In this document: positions 54,457-64,000 of the stretch, one piece after another
Layout of the letters: every line of letters begins with the position of its first letter
How positions within the stretch are numbered: position 1 is the first letter of the stretch
Assembly: GCA_003279605.1 (NCBI GenBank)
Contig: QCHF01000002.1
Location: 321,586-385,585, forward strand
DNA: 64,000 bases
Direction of reading: 5' to 3'
From: SAR86 cluster bacterium AG-390-O18
Lineage (GTDB): Bacteria; Pseudomonadota; Gammaproteobacteria; Magnimaribacterales; AG-339-G14
The notes under the pieces: generated by a model
Databases searched by the model: none
The model's input: only the letters and a program-made list of their open reading frames with translations
Told to the model about the DNA's origin: nothing
Translations under genes and position numbers: made by a program

Positions 54457-55086
54457 TTGATGATAAAAAGATTGGGCATCTTTGGCGGAGCGTTTGATCC
54501 AGTTCATAAAGGCCACACGCAATCTTTAAAATTTATCAGTGATCTAAAAATTTTTGATGAAATCCAAGTCATTCCAAACTATGCATCACCGCACAACAAA
54601 GATATCCAAACTGATGAGAAGCATCGTCTAAAAATGTTGGAAGTAGCTTTGAAAGAACTTGAAGATATTAATCTCAATGATATTGAATTAAAAAATAAAA
54701 CAAAATCGTATACCTACGAGACACTTAAATACCTGAAAAGTATTTATCCCGAAAGACATCTATCTTTAATTATAGGTTTGGATTCTTTATATAGCTTTAC
54801 TACTTGGAAAAATTGGGAAAATATTTTGTCTTTGTGTTCCCTATTAGTTTTGGAAAGAAAATTGAATAACAGGTTAGGAATCAACAAGGAGTTAGAAAGT
54901 AAAATATCTGCTGATTATGATGATTTTTTCTCTGGCCATGGAAAAATTCTCATTCTAAAAAATGACTTGATAAACATATCTTCTACAGAAGTTAGAATGA
55001 AAATAAAGAATAATGAAAATCTAACAGATTTGGTTGATGATCAAGTACTGAAATACATCTCAAACAAATCTCTTTATAAAATTTAA
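54457..55086 (+). CDS. nadD: Nicotinate-nucleotide adenylyltransferase
   Basis: FGGAFDPVHKGH, SYT.ETL, IIGLDS, TWK.W, ISSTEVR; start TTG 54457 or ATG 54460. Confidence 0.93.
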   Translation: MMIKRLGIFGGAFDPVHKGHTQSLKFISDLKIFDEIQVIPNYASPHNKDIQTDEKHRLKMLEVALKELEDINLNDIELKNKTKSYTYETLKYLKSIYPERHLSLIIGLDSLYSFTTWKNWENILSLCSLLVLERKLNNRLGINKELESKISADYDDFFSGHGKILILKNDLINISSTEVRMKIKNNENLTDLVDDQVLKYISNKSLYKI

Positions 55087-55413
55087 ATGCCCAAAAAATC
55101 AAAAAAAATTATTGAAAATAGTTTAGAGGAGATAAAGGCACAAAATACAATATTTTTAGATCTATCAAAATTGAACAGTTTTACAGATTTTCTGGTCATA
55201 ACATCAGGAACTTCTTCCCGTCACATGTCGGCAATAAAAGACAAATTATTAGAAGACTTGAAAAATAATAAAATATCAATCAGTGGGGTTGAAGGACAAA
55301 ATTCTAGTGAATGGATTCTTTTAGATTTGGGAGATTTTGTAATAAACATTATGTCTAAAGACTCAAGAGCTTTATATGACTTGGAGAGTCTTTGGGATCC
55401 AGCTCTGAATTGA
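55087..55413 (+). CDS. rsfS: Ribosome silencing factor RsfS
   Basis: LEEIKAQN, TSSRHM.AI, EG....EWILLDLGD, R..YDLESLW. Confidence 0.92.
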   Translation: MPKKSKKIIENSLEEIKAQNTIFLDLSKLNSFTDFLVITSGTSSRHMSAIKDKLLEDLKNNKISISGVEGQNSSEWILLDLGDFVINIMSKDSRALYDLESLWDPALN

Positions 55414-55414
55414 A

Positions 55415-57241
55415 ATGAATAATTTTTCAAGAGAAAGTTTAAATACAGGGAAAGAATATTCAAGGGCTTTATTTTTTTTATCACCCTTTATTTTTCTTTT
55501 TTCTATTTCACTTTTTCAAGTTTTGAATTTAACTTTGTTACAAGGAGATAAGTATCAAACCATAGCTGAATCAAATAGGATATATCAAAAATCCATTAAT
55601 CCTGTAAGAGGCTTCATATACGATAGAAAGGGGACTTTATTAGCTGAAAATATCGTCCAAAGAGATCTTTATGTTACTCCTGCATACATTAAAGATTCTT
55701 CAAAAACAATTCTAACGTTATCTAATTTATTAAATATGCCTTATGAACTTCTGGAAAAAAATTTCTCAAGAGGTGTAAAAAAAGCAAAGAAGTTTGACTC
55801 TTTTCCTTTGGTAAAAGCCCTTAACGAAGAACAGATTGCTAAAGCTAAAGTAAATTTAGATTCAATTTCAGGTATCGAAGTCAAAGCTACTCTCAAAAGG
55901 TATGTTCTCCATGAGGAAACTTTGGCTCATATATTGGGTTACGTTGGGGATATTTCGTTCGATGATATAAGCAGAAACAAGCTATTAGCAGAATTTCAGA
56001 ATACTCAAATTGGAAAAACAGGCATTGAAAAAGACTATGACTTAATTTTAAGAGGCAAACCCGGTATTCAAACCCAAGAAAGAGATGTTAAAGGCAAATT
56101 AGTAAGGGTTCTAGATACTCTAGGAGCAGAAGACGGAAAAGATATTTACTTATCAATTGATCAGGAATTACAGGAGCATCTTTTTAAGCTTTTTGAAAAC
56201 AGAAGAGGAGCATTAGTAGCCTTAGAGCCAAAAACCGGCTTGGTTAGAGCCTTGATTAGTTCTCCCTCATTCAATCCAAATATATTGAATTCAATTTTGG
56301 ATACTGATGAGGTAGAAAGTTTATTTTCAAATAAAGAAAGCCCAATTTTTAATAGAGCTGTTTCCGGTCAATACCCTCCTGCATCAACTTTGAAGCCTTT
56401 TGTAGGTCTTGCTGCAATAGAAAATGAAATAATCAGCTGGGATAAAAAAATTAAAGACGATGGTAAATTTTATGTCGAGGGAGATCCAAGACCTTATCGA
56501 GGCTGGAAAGAGAATGGACATGGAAGAGTAGACATGAGGAAAGCGATTGCAGAATCTTCTGACGTATATTTTTATACCATCGCTTATGACTTAACTTTAT
56601 CAGGAATAAGACCAATGCTTGACAGTTTTGGTTTTGGTAAAAAAACAGGCTTAACTAACTTTGAAGCCAATGGTCTCCTTCCTGATAAAAAATGGAAATT
56701 AGGTTACAAAGGAGATTTTTGGTTCAAAGGTGACACAATAAATTTAGGAATAGGACAAGGTTATATTTTAGCCACACCCCTCCAATTAGCTATGGCTTAC
56801 TCTGGTCTTGCGAATAGGGGAGTAATTTATGAACCTCAATTTATACAACCGAAAGACGAAACGTCTTTTGAGCCAAAAAAAGCAGCTGAAATTCAACTTT
56901 CTGATAAGAAAGCTTGGGAAAAAATGGAACAAGCTCTAGTCGACGTGATTTCTGCAAGAAATGGAACAGCTCATAAAGTTTTTGATGCCAATTCAGCTGT
57001 TATTGCAGGAAAAACCGGCACTGCACAAATTAAAAGTATTCTTCCGGGTAAAGAATACGATGCAATTCGTAAAAATCCTGCGTTACGTGATCATGCCCTT
57101 TTTGTAGGCTATGGGCCAGTAGAAGACCCAAAACTAGTCGTAGCGGTCGTCATAGAAAATGGTGAGTCAGGAAGTGAAGTTGCTGCTCCAATTGTTAAAT
57201 CTGCAATAAATTTTTATGCAGGAGGATTTAATGCAGAATAA
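55415..57241 (+). CDS. mrdA: Penicillin-binding protein 2
   Basis: RG.IYDR.G, YPPASTLK (SxxK), SSD, KTGTAQ. Confidence 0.94.
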   Translation: MNNFSRESLNTGKEYSRALFFLSPFIFLFSISLFQVLNLTLLQGDKYQTIAESNRIYQKSINPVRGFIYDRKGTLLAENIVQRDLYVTPAYIKDSSKTILTLSNLLNMPYELLEKNFSRGVKKAKKFDSFPLVKALNEEQIAKAKVNLDSISGIEVKATLKRYVLHEETLAHILGYVGDISFDDISRNKLLAEFQNTQIGKTGIEKDYDLILRGKPGIQTQERDVKGKLVRVLDTLGAEDGKDIYLSIDQELQEHLFKLFENRRGALVALEPKTGLVRALISSPSFNPNILNSILDTDEVESLFSNKESPIFNRAVSGQYPPASTLKPFVGLAAIENEIISWDKKIKDDGKFYVEGDPRPYRGWKENGHGRVDMRKAIAESSDVYFYTIAYDLTLSGIRPMLDSFGFGKKTGLTNFEANGLLPDKKWKLGYKGDFWFKGDTINLGIGQGYILATPLQLAMAYSGLANRGVIYEPQFIQPKDETSFEPKKAAEIQLSDKKAWEKMEQALVDVISARNGTAHKVFDANSAVIAGKTGTAQIKSILPGKEYDAIRKNPALRDHALFVGYGPVEDPKLVVAVVIENGESGSEVAAPIVKSAINFYAGGFNAE

Positions 57242-58331
57242 ACCTTTAAGTTTTTCAGTAGACATTAAATTGAATAAAAGGAGAAATTTAGCAAATTTTG
57301 ATTATTCTATTGTTCTTACCGTTCTTCTTTTAGGTCTTTTTGGGCTAGCAATGATTTATAGTGCTACTGGGTCTTATGCTCTGGTTCTAAGGCAGGCAAT
57401 TTATTTTTTTCTTGGCGTTATCCTGATGATTATTGCAGCAATGTCTAATTTCAGAAAAATGGAGCCTATTTATTTGAATGCAGTCTGGATAGGTTTCTTT
57501 TTATTAGTTTTAGTTTTAGTTTTACCAAATTCTGGAACCACGAATCGATGGATAAATCTAGGTTTCATTGGGTTTCAACCTTCTGAGCTAATGAGGTTTT
57601 TATTACCTATTTCCGCAGCAGCATATTTAACACGCAATCCACAGATAAAATTATCTGACTGGATAATTGTTCTAATCACTACATTGGTAGCTTTTATTTT
57701 AGTTTTCTTACAGCCAGATTTTGGTACCTCAGCGATAGTTTTGCTCTCTGGGATAATGCCAATTATTTTATCCGGCTTACCTTGGAGATATATTATTTAT
57801 AGTTTTTTAGGAGGTATTGGAACTCTTCCTTTTTTATGGATGAGCTTGATGGATTATCAAAAGGAAAGGATTTATACCTTTATTAGCCCCGAAACTGATG
57901 CCTTAGGTTCTGGGTGGAATATTGCCCAATCAAAGATTGCCATAGGTTCCGGGCAATTTTTTGGAAAGGGCTACATGGAAGGAAGTCAGAGCCAGTTAGA
58001 TTTCATCCCCGAGAGCCATACTGACTTCATTTTTGCAGTAATTGTGGAGGAGTTTGGATTCTTAGGCGCTCTTGGTCTTTTTCTTCTTTATGCTTTTTTA
58101 ATTCATCGACTCTTATATGTTGCTAAAAGAAGTAATTCTAAATTTGCAAAATTAGTCTCAGCGACACTTTCAATTATTTTAGCTGCCTACATAACATTAA
58201 ATATTTCAATGGTAGTTGGTATCTTTCCAGTAGTAGGTATGCCTTTACCATTCATCAGTCAAGGCGGAACAGCACTGGTGGTTAATATGATTACTATAGG
58301 TATAATTTTATCTTTAAGGAGAACGACTTGA
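57231..58331 (+). CDS. rodA: Rod shape-determining protein RodA
   Basis: RWINLG...QPSE, QPDFGT, YQ..RI, QS.IAIGSG, PESHTDFIF, G.PLPFIS.GG; start ATG 57231 behind GGAGG. Confidence 0.94.
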   Translation: MQNKPLSFSVDIKLNKRRNLANFDYSIVLTVLLLGLFGLAMIYSATGSYALVLRQAIYFFLGVILMIIAAMSNFRKMEPIYLNAVWIGFFLLVLVLVLPNSGTTNRWINLGFIGFQPSELMRFLLPISAAAYLTRNPQIKLSDWIIVLITTLVAFILVFLQPDFGTSAIVLLSGIMPIILSGLPWRYIIYSFLGGIGTLPFLWMSLMDYQKERIYTFISPETDALGSGWNIAQSKIAIGSGQFFGKGYMEGSQSQLDFIPESHTDFIFAVIVEEFGFLGALGLFLLYAFLIHRLLYVAKRSNSKFAKLVSATLSIILAAYITLNISMVVGIFPVVGMPLPFISQGGTALVVNMITIGIILSLRRTT

Positions 58332-59278
58332 AAAAAATAAGTTTGCTTTTGCTATTAGCCTTTTTTGTGCCTCTTATTCATTTAGATTATTCAAAAAGCA
58401 CAGAAACTTTATCTTTCATTGATGAAATGGTTATCAAACATAAATTTGAAAAATCTTATTTGGTAGAAATTTTCAAAAGTGCTGAAAAAAGAGAAAAAAT
58501 AATTAATTCCATGAATAGGCCCGCGGAAAAGAAATTTTCTTGGGCTCAATACAAATCTAGATTAATTTCGCCTATGAGAATTAATAACGGCGTAAGTTTT
58601 CTAGAAAGATTTTTACAAGAGTTTGAAAAGGCAGAACAAGAATTTGGAGTTCCTAAAGAGATTATTGCAGCAATTATAGGTATTGAATCTAGTTATGGTT
58701 CTATTACAGGCAGAGAAAGAGTAATAGATTCGTTATCAACCCTTGCCTTTGATTATCCAAGGCGAAGCAAATTTTTTACTAAACAATTAGAACATTTTCT
58801 CTTACTTACTAGAGAAGAAGAACTTGATCCTCTGATCATGAAAGGCTCATATGCTGGAGCTATGGGTTATGGTCAATTTATGCCAGACTCTTATCGATCT
58901 TATGCCATTGATTTTGATCAAGATGGGATTAGAAATATCGTAACAAATCCCATTGATGCAATTGGTAGCGTTGCAAATTATTTAAGAAGACATGGCTGGG
59001 AAAGAAATGCCACTATAGCAGAGGCTCTCACAAGAAATGATGTTAATTCAAATTTTAAGACATCTCTTTCTCTAAAAGAACCAGATGCCTTGCAACTGGT
59101 ATCTAAAATCAATTTACCCAATAAAAAATACTTACAAATAAACTTTGAAGACAAAGAATTTTGGTTGGGGCATAAAAATTTATATGTTTTAGCACGTTAT
59201 AATCCAAGCTCTTTTTATGTAATGGCAGTATTTCTTTTGAGTCAGGAAATTGACTATGCCTATCGAGTAAAAATATGA
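58328..59278 (+). CDS. mltB: Lytic murein transglycosylase B
   Basis: IIGIESSYG, LSTLAFDYPRR, GSYAGAMGYGQFMP.SY, RYNPS..Y; TTG start. Confidence 0.92.
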   Translation: MKKISLLLLLAFFVPLIHLDYSKSTETLSFIDEMVIKHKFEKSYLVEIFKSAEKREKIINSMNRPAEKKFSWAQYKSRLISPMRINNGVSFLERFLQEFEKAEQEFGVPKEIIAAIIGIESSYGSITGRERVIDSLSTLAFDYPRRSKFFTKQLEHFLLLTREEELDPLIMKGSYAGAMGYGQFMPDSYRSYAIDFDQDGIRNIVTNPIDAIGSVANYLRRHGWERNATIAEALTRNDVNSNFKTSLSLKEPDALQLVSKINLPNKKYLQINFEDKEFWLGHKNLYVLARYNPSSFYVMAVFLLSQEIDYAYRVKI

Positions 59279-60426
59279 AAAAAGTTCTATTAATAATTTA
59301 TTTCTTATCTACTGTAGCTTTCTCACAAACGTTAATTCCAAAATTACCGCAAATTACCGCTTCAAGCTTTTTACTTATTGACACTGAGACAAATAAAATA
59401 ATTGCTCAACAAAATCCAGAAGCTTCTACAGGGTTAGCGAGCATCACGAAAATCATGACGAGTTACATAGTAGCGGACTATTTAAAAAAAGGATTTTTAA
59501 ACATTAAAGACTCCACAACAGTAAGTGAAAAATGTTGGCGCATGGAAGGCTCAAGGATGTTCATCCAAGAAGGTAAAAAGGTTTTGATAGAAGATTTAAT
59601 GCGCGGCATGATTATCCAATCTGGAAATGATGCAGCCTGTGCCTTAGCTGAACACATTGCAGGAACCCAAGAAGATTTTGCGAGCCTTATGAATGACTAT
59701 GCTCAAAGAATGGAGTTAAAAAATACGAATTTTACCAATCCAACTGGCTTACCAAATGTTAATCACTATTCAACGGCTGAAGATATAGCAAAATTAAGTA
59801 TATTTTTAATCAACGATTTCCCTGACGAATATTCAATCTATAGAGAGAAAGAATTTACCTACAACGACATAAGGCAATTAAATAGAAATAGCTTGCTTTG
59901 GCAAGATGACTCAATAGATGGTATTAAAACTGGCCATACAAGGGCGTCAGGATATTGCTTGGTGGCCTCATCTAAAAGATCAGACATGAGGCTAATTTCG
60001 ATAGTTCTTAATAGTGCTTCTGAAAAATCAAGACTTCAAGACACCAGAAGATTACTGGACTATGGTTTCAAGTACTATCAAACTAAAAAAATAATAGCTA
60101 AATATCAACCAATATCTATCGTTGATATCTGGGGCGGAATGGAAGATAAATTGGAACTTGGCCCTAAAAAAGATATCTTCATAACATTAACTAAACCTAC
60201 TTTTGATAGGCTTACTATTGAGGCATCAAAAAATTTGGGTGTAAAAGCACCTGTGAGGAAGGATTCAGTTATAGACAGATTAGATATCAAAGTTGATGGC
60301 GAAACTATTCAATCTGTTGATTTGGTTGCTGTAAATAATGTGCAAAGAAAAGGAATTATCATAGCGACTTTAGAGTCTTTGATGTTCTATGTTTACAGTT
60401 TCTTCATGCAAGATGAAATAAATTAA
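59275..60426 (+). CDS. dacA: D-alanyl-D-alanine carboxypeptidase (PBP5/6)
   Basis: ASITKIM (SxxK), SGNDA, GIKTGHT. Confidence 0.92.
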   Translation: MKKVLLIIYFLSTVAFSQTLIPKLPQITASSFLLIDTETNKIIAQQNPEASTGLASITKIMTSYIVADYLKKGFLNIKDSTTVSEKCWRMEGSRMFIQEGKKVLIEDLMRGMIIQSGNDAACALAEHIAGTQEDFASLMNDYAQRMELKNTNFTNPTGLPNVNHYSTAEDIAKLSIFLINDFPDEYSIYREKEFTYNDIRQLNRNSLLWQDDSIDGIKTGHTRASGYCLVASSKRSDMRLISIVLNSASEKSRLQDTRRLLDYGFKYYQTKKIIAKYQPISIVDIWGGMEDKLELGPKKDIFITLTKPTFDRLTIEASKNLGVKAPVRKDSVIDRLDIKVDGETIQSVDLVAVNNVQRKGIIIATLESLMFYVYSFFMQDEIN

Positions 60427-61259
60427 TGTCAATTTGTTTTTTAAACAACAAATTTATAGATATTCAAGAAGCAAAAATTTCACCATTGGATAGAGGCTTT
60501 CTTTTTGGAGATGCTATTTATGAAGTAATCATTGCAGTAAATAAAAAACCCTTTGAACTTGATGCTCATTTAACTAGATTAAAAAAAAATATATCTTCCC
60601 TGAAGTATTCATTATCAGATCAAGTTGATTTAGAAGAAATAATCCTAGAAGTAATTTCTAGAAATAAATTTTTGAAACAGGTAATTTATGTTCAAATCTC
60701 TAGAGGCACAGATACTGTAAGAGACCATATTCCAAGTAACGATTTAACACCAACTATATTTGTATCTTCTCATGAATTGAAAACAGAGTTCTCTACAAGT
60801 TCTGGTGAGAAAGCAATTTTATTAGAAGATTTTAGGTGGAGAAAAAGTCAGATAAAGGCAACCTCTTTACTTGCCAATGTCATTTATAGATCTAAGGCCA
60901 AGCATCAAGAAGTTTTTGAGACCATTCTTTTTGAAAATGGGTTTATTACTGAAGGCGCAGTAAGTAACGTTTTTTGCTGTATTGATAATAAAATTGTTAC
61001 GCCGCCTCTAACAGAAAATATCCTTCCTGGAGTAACAAGAAAAGTAATCTTAGAGATAATTCAAGATACCTCCTTAGAATGTGAGGAAACAAAAATATCT
61101 GTTGATTCTTTTCTTTTAGCAAAAGAAATTTGGGTTACGAATTCAACCAAAGGAATCATTCCAATCATTGAACTTGATGGCAAAAAAATAGGGTCCGGAT
61201 TACCGGGTGAAAAATATCTTCAAATTTCTAAAGCTTTTATAAATAAACTTTCTGGTTAG
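60426..61259 (+). CDS. Class IV aminotransferase, probable D-amino-acid transaminase
   Basis: DRGFLFGDAIYEV, YVQISRG, IKATSLL (PLP Lys), ITEG..SN, LPGVTR. Confidence 0.85.
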   Translation: MSICFLNNKFIDIQEAKISPLDRGFLFGDAIYEVIIAVNKKPFELDAHLTRLKKNISSLKYSLSDQVDLEEIILEVISRNKFLKQVIYVQISRGTDTVRDHIPSNDLTPTIFVSSHELKTEFSTSSGEKAILLEDFRWRKSQIKATSLLANVIYRSKAKHQEVFETILFENGFITEGAVSNVFCCIDNKIVTPPLTENILPGVTRKVILEIIQDTSLECEETKISVDSFLLAKEIWVTNSTKGIIPIIELDGKKIGSGLPGEKYLQISKAFINKLSG

Positions 61260-62167
61260 ATATACCCAAAATTAACAATAATTTTCCTTAATTCTATCCA
61301 GAATTCAGCCTTACCTGTTTTAAAGTCTTTATCAAGATCCGCAATTTTTTTTCTTAAACTTTTTATTTGTGGTGTCGATATTTTCTTTGCTTTTATTTTA
61401 AGCTTTGAAAGATAATCTCTTGGAACGCCTTTTAGAAAAAAATTTGGATTCTTTTTATATTGCTCTAATCTATCAAGTTGTTGGTGTATGACAGCAATTA
61501 TACCTGGCTCGTTTTCTTTATTTAATTTCATGATTTCTAAAATTTCTAAAGATTTTGAAACTTGGTTAGATAAACAACTATTGATTAAGCTAAAGACATG
61601 ATATTCAGAGCTGTCTCTTATAAATTCATAATCTGTATTTTTTTGATCTAAACATTTTAGAAATTTTAGCTCTTGATAAGCAGACAATAAATTTTCTTCG
61701 TTTCTAGAGGCAATTAAATTAACGCCTTCTTCACTCAAAAGTAGATCCATATTTTTCGCTTCGTTCTTGATCCAATCTTTGAATTGATTTGAATAGACTG
61801 GTTGAAGTTCAGAGATTTCAAGGTATTTAGATATTTTTTTAAACCAAGCAGATGTTTTTATCTTTTTATTTAATGATGAAATAACAATTATACGATCTGG
61901 GTTATCCTCTCCTAATAAGCTCAAAAAAAAATCTTGATCATCTTTTAGGATGCTTTTTTCTTGAAGACGCAGATCAATTATTTCTTTTTCGCTAAATAAA
62001 CTTCCTTGTTGATTTTCAATATTTATTTCTTCTTTTATCCCTTTTTTGTAAAAGAAAATTTTTCTACTTTGAAAGCCATCTTTTTTAAGATTTAAAATAA
62101 ATTCGTCTCTCAGCTTAGAATTAAGAAACTCATCATTGCTTAGAATTAATTTATGCTGAATCCGCAT
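61256..62167 (-). CDS. holA: DNA polymerase III delta subunit (very divergent)
   Basis: SLFSEK, ENLLSA.QEL, VFSL pattern; leuS-lptE-holA synteny. Confidence 0.75.
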   Translation of the reverse strand: MRIQHKLILSNDEFLNSKLRDEFILNLKKDGFQSRKIFFYKKGIKEEINIENQQGSLFSEKEIIDLRLQEKSILKDDQDFFLSLLGEDNPDRIIVISSLNKKIKTSAWFKKISKYLEISELQPVYSNQFKDWIKNEAKNMDLLLSEEGVNLIASRNEENLLSAYQELKFLKCLDQKNTDYEFIRDSSEYHVFSLINSCLSNQVSKSLEILEIMKLNKENEPGIIAVIHQQLDRLEQYKKNPNFFLKGVPRDYLSKLKIKAKKISTPQIKSLRKKIADLDKDFKTGKAEFWIELRKIIVNFGYI

Positions 62168-62681
62168 TGCTTTTTTCTAAAAAGAAAATCAATAATTCAT
62201 TTACTGCCTCGCTAAAGAAATCTAATTTAATTTCATCTGCCTGCTTTTCATTTGAAAGAATACTTTCGGTATCGTAGGAAAAATCCTCTGAAGTAAAGAT
62301 TGGTATCTCATGGACGGTATTAGTATTTCTATCAAAAATACTTAACTTAACTTGGTAATCTAGACTAACTACAGCAGGGAAAAAATTTTCGTCGGTAGCC
62401 TCTAAAAATTTACCCAGTCTATGGTCACTGATTTCAATTACAAAATCTGCAGCATCTTTAGTTTCTGATAGATTCGCGTTCATTAAGAAAAAATTCTTTT
62501 TTAATTCTTGAACAAGGGAAAAATTCAGAGGGTTTTTTTGAAACTCAAAAAAAATTGCAATCTTTTTTTCTGAATAGTTTAGTGGTTTAAAAGCACAAGC
62601 AGTAATGAGTAATACTAATGAGAAATATAAACAATTTTTTTTTAAATTAAATAACAAAATTAACGAGTTTTTTTGGAACAT
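62151..62681 (-). CDS. lptE: LPS assembly lipoprotein LptE
   Basis: Lipobox ITAC followed by AFKP; between leuS and holA; start uncertain. Confidence 0.75.
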   Translation of the reverse strand: MFQKNSLILLFNLKKNCLYFSLVLLITACAFKPLNYSEKKIAIFFEFQKNPLNFSLVQELKKNFFLMNANLSETKDAADFVIEISDHRLGKFLEATDENFFPAVVSLDYQVKLSIFDRNTNTVHEIPIFTSEDFSYDTESILSNEKQADEIKLDFFSEAVNELLIFFLEKSNADSA

Positions 62682-63999
62682 ATATTGTTTTTTTTATATT
62701 TTCTTTTTTTAAATATTTTTTCACATTTTCTAATTCTTTGCTTTCTTCAATAATAGCTTCTTCACTACTTGATATACCTACAACAATCTTTCCTCGTAAT
62801 TTACCATTAATCTGAATTGCAATTGTCATTTCATTTCCTTCTAATTGATCTACATTGAAGGTAGGCCAAGTTTCATTATGGATAGGAGATTTTTTACCAA
62901 ATGCTTCCCATAATTCATGACAGACATGAGGAATGATTGGCGACAGCATAATTAAACTTTTTTGAATTATTTCTCTAAAAACCTCATTACTTTCTTTTGT
63001 AACTGAACTTTTCAACATTGCTTTGGGAATGGCATTCAATAATTCCATAATCGCTGCAATTGCAGTATTGAATTGATTTTTATCTTCAAAGTCTGCAGAA
63101 ACTTTTTTTATCGTTTGATTTAATTTAATTTTGATATCATTTAAATCCAATACTTGCTCTTTATTATCTATAGTTTGAATGAAAAAGCTTTGTGATAAAG
63201 ACCAAAGTTTTTTTATGAATTTATGAGAGCCGTTAACTCCCGAATCTGACCATTCCAAAGATTGTTCAGGCGGTGCAGCAAACATTGAAAACAATCTAAC
63301 GGTATCGGCACCATATTTTTCGATCAACTCATTAGGATTTACAGTATTGCCTTTAGATTTTGACATCTTTGATCCATCCTTCAGAACCATACCTTGGCAC
63401 AATAATTTTTTAAACGGCTCTCTTACATTAATTAATGATAAGTCATTCATGGCTTTACAAAAAAAACGTGAATATAGAAGGTGAAGAATTGCATGCTCTA
63501 TTCCACCTATGTATTGATCTACTGGCATCCAATAATCTGCTTCAGCATCAAGCATTGATTCTGAAGATTTATAAGAGGCAAATCTTGCAAAATACCAAGA
63601 TGATTCAACAAAAGTATCAAAAGTATCTTTCTCTTTAGAATAATTTATTCCATTCAATTCGATTTTTTCCTTAGCAATCTCTTCTTCACTTAGATCATTG
63701 AAAGGTAAAATTTCATTTTCGCTATCTGAGATAAACATGGGTATCGGAGCTCCCCAAGATCTTTGTCTTGAAACTCCCCAATTTCTTAAACGAAAATTTA
63801 TTTGTTCTGTTCCTTTGAAACCAAAATTATTTTCTTCAGTTAATATTGAAAAGGCTTCTTCAAAAGAAAGTCCATTTAATTTATCAGAATTAATTAAAAT
63901 TCCTTTTTCTTCAATGGCACTTTCAATTTTGTCTAATTTTCCTCTTCCATCATCTATAACTTGAATGATTTCAATCTGCTCAGCTTGAGCGAACTCAAA
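62647..63999 (-). CDS. leuS: Leucine--tRNA ligase (C-terminal part; 5' end beyond window)
   Basis: Frame open to the window edge by hand translation; [57 protein letters not shown]. Confidence 0.97.
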   Translation of the reverse strand, partial: FEFAQAEQIEIIQVIDDGRGKLDKIESAIEEKGILINSDKLNGLSFEEAFSILTEENNFGFKGTEQINFRLRNWGVSRQRSWGAPIPMFISDSENEILPFNDLSEEEIAKEKIELNGINYSKEKDTFDTFVESSWYFARFASYKSSESMLDAEADYWMPVDQYIGGIEHAILHLLYSRFFCKAMNDLSLINVREPFKKLLCQGMVLKDGSKMSKSKGNTVNPNELIEKYGADTVRLFSMFAAPPEQSLEWSDSGVNGSHKFIKKLWSLSQSFFIQTIDNKEQVLDLNDIKIKLNQTIKKVSADFEDKNQFNTAIAAIMELLNAIPKAMLKSSVTKESNEVFREIIQKSLIMLSPIIPHVCHELWEAFGKKSPIHNETWPTFNVDQLEGNEMTIAIQINGKLRGKIVVGISSSEEAIIEESKELENVKKYLKKENIKKTIYVPKKLVNFVI

Positions 64000-64000
64000 A

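Overview
Gene-dense, low-GC chromosomal segment from a streamlined gammaproteobacterium. It resembles marine oligotrophs such as SAR86, but that is inferred from gene order, compactness and AT-richness, not from a marker analysis. It is mostly core genes in Pseudomonas/E. coli-like synteny: rmuC-dsbB/polA/engB/cytochrome c4-dsbA; hflX; argH-lptM-lysA-dapF-DUF484-xerC-HAD; metK-ahcY; tkt-pgk-fba; ubiE-ubiB-hisE-tatABC; orn; miaB-phoH-ybeY-corC; oxyR/katG; coaD; tolC-mutM; thiC-prx-parE-parC; argD; pfk; mpl; proA-nadD-rsfS-mrdA-rodA-mltB-dacA-dat; partial leuS-lptE-holA. I saw no prophage, IS element or CRISPR array. Family assignments come from motif recognition and recall, not database searches. 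Strongest leads: (1) a 77-nt tRNA-like gene beside hflX with a short-variable-arm, Arg(CCG)-like body, a CAG (Leu) anticodon and non-canonical T and D arms; (2) a candidate sigmaE-dependent sRNA between polA and engB (the Spot 42/ErsA locus) with a consensus GAACTT-N16-TCTAA promoter; (3) a lyase-hydratase-CoA transferase trio resembling an itaconate/C5-dicarboxylate degradation pathway, fused onto the c4-dsbA operon; (4) a pseudoazurin carrying what looks like the cytochrome c5 N-terminal segment, next to a minimal c5; (5) recurrent -10 hexamers 6-7 nt before start codons, suggesting frequent leaderless mRNAs; (6) an interleaved double inverted repeat between metK and tkt. Two small genes missed by the ORF track (lptM, tatA) and a partial lipoprotein at the left edge were read directly.
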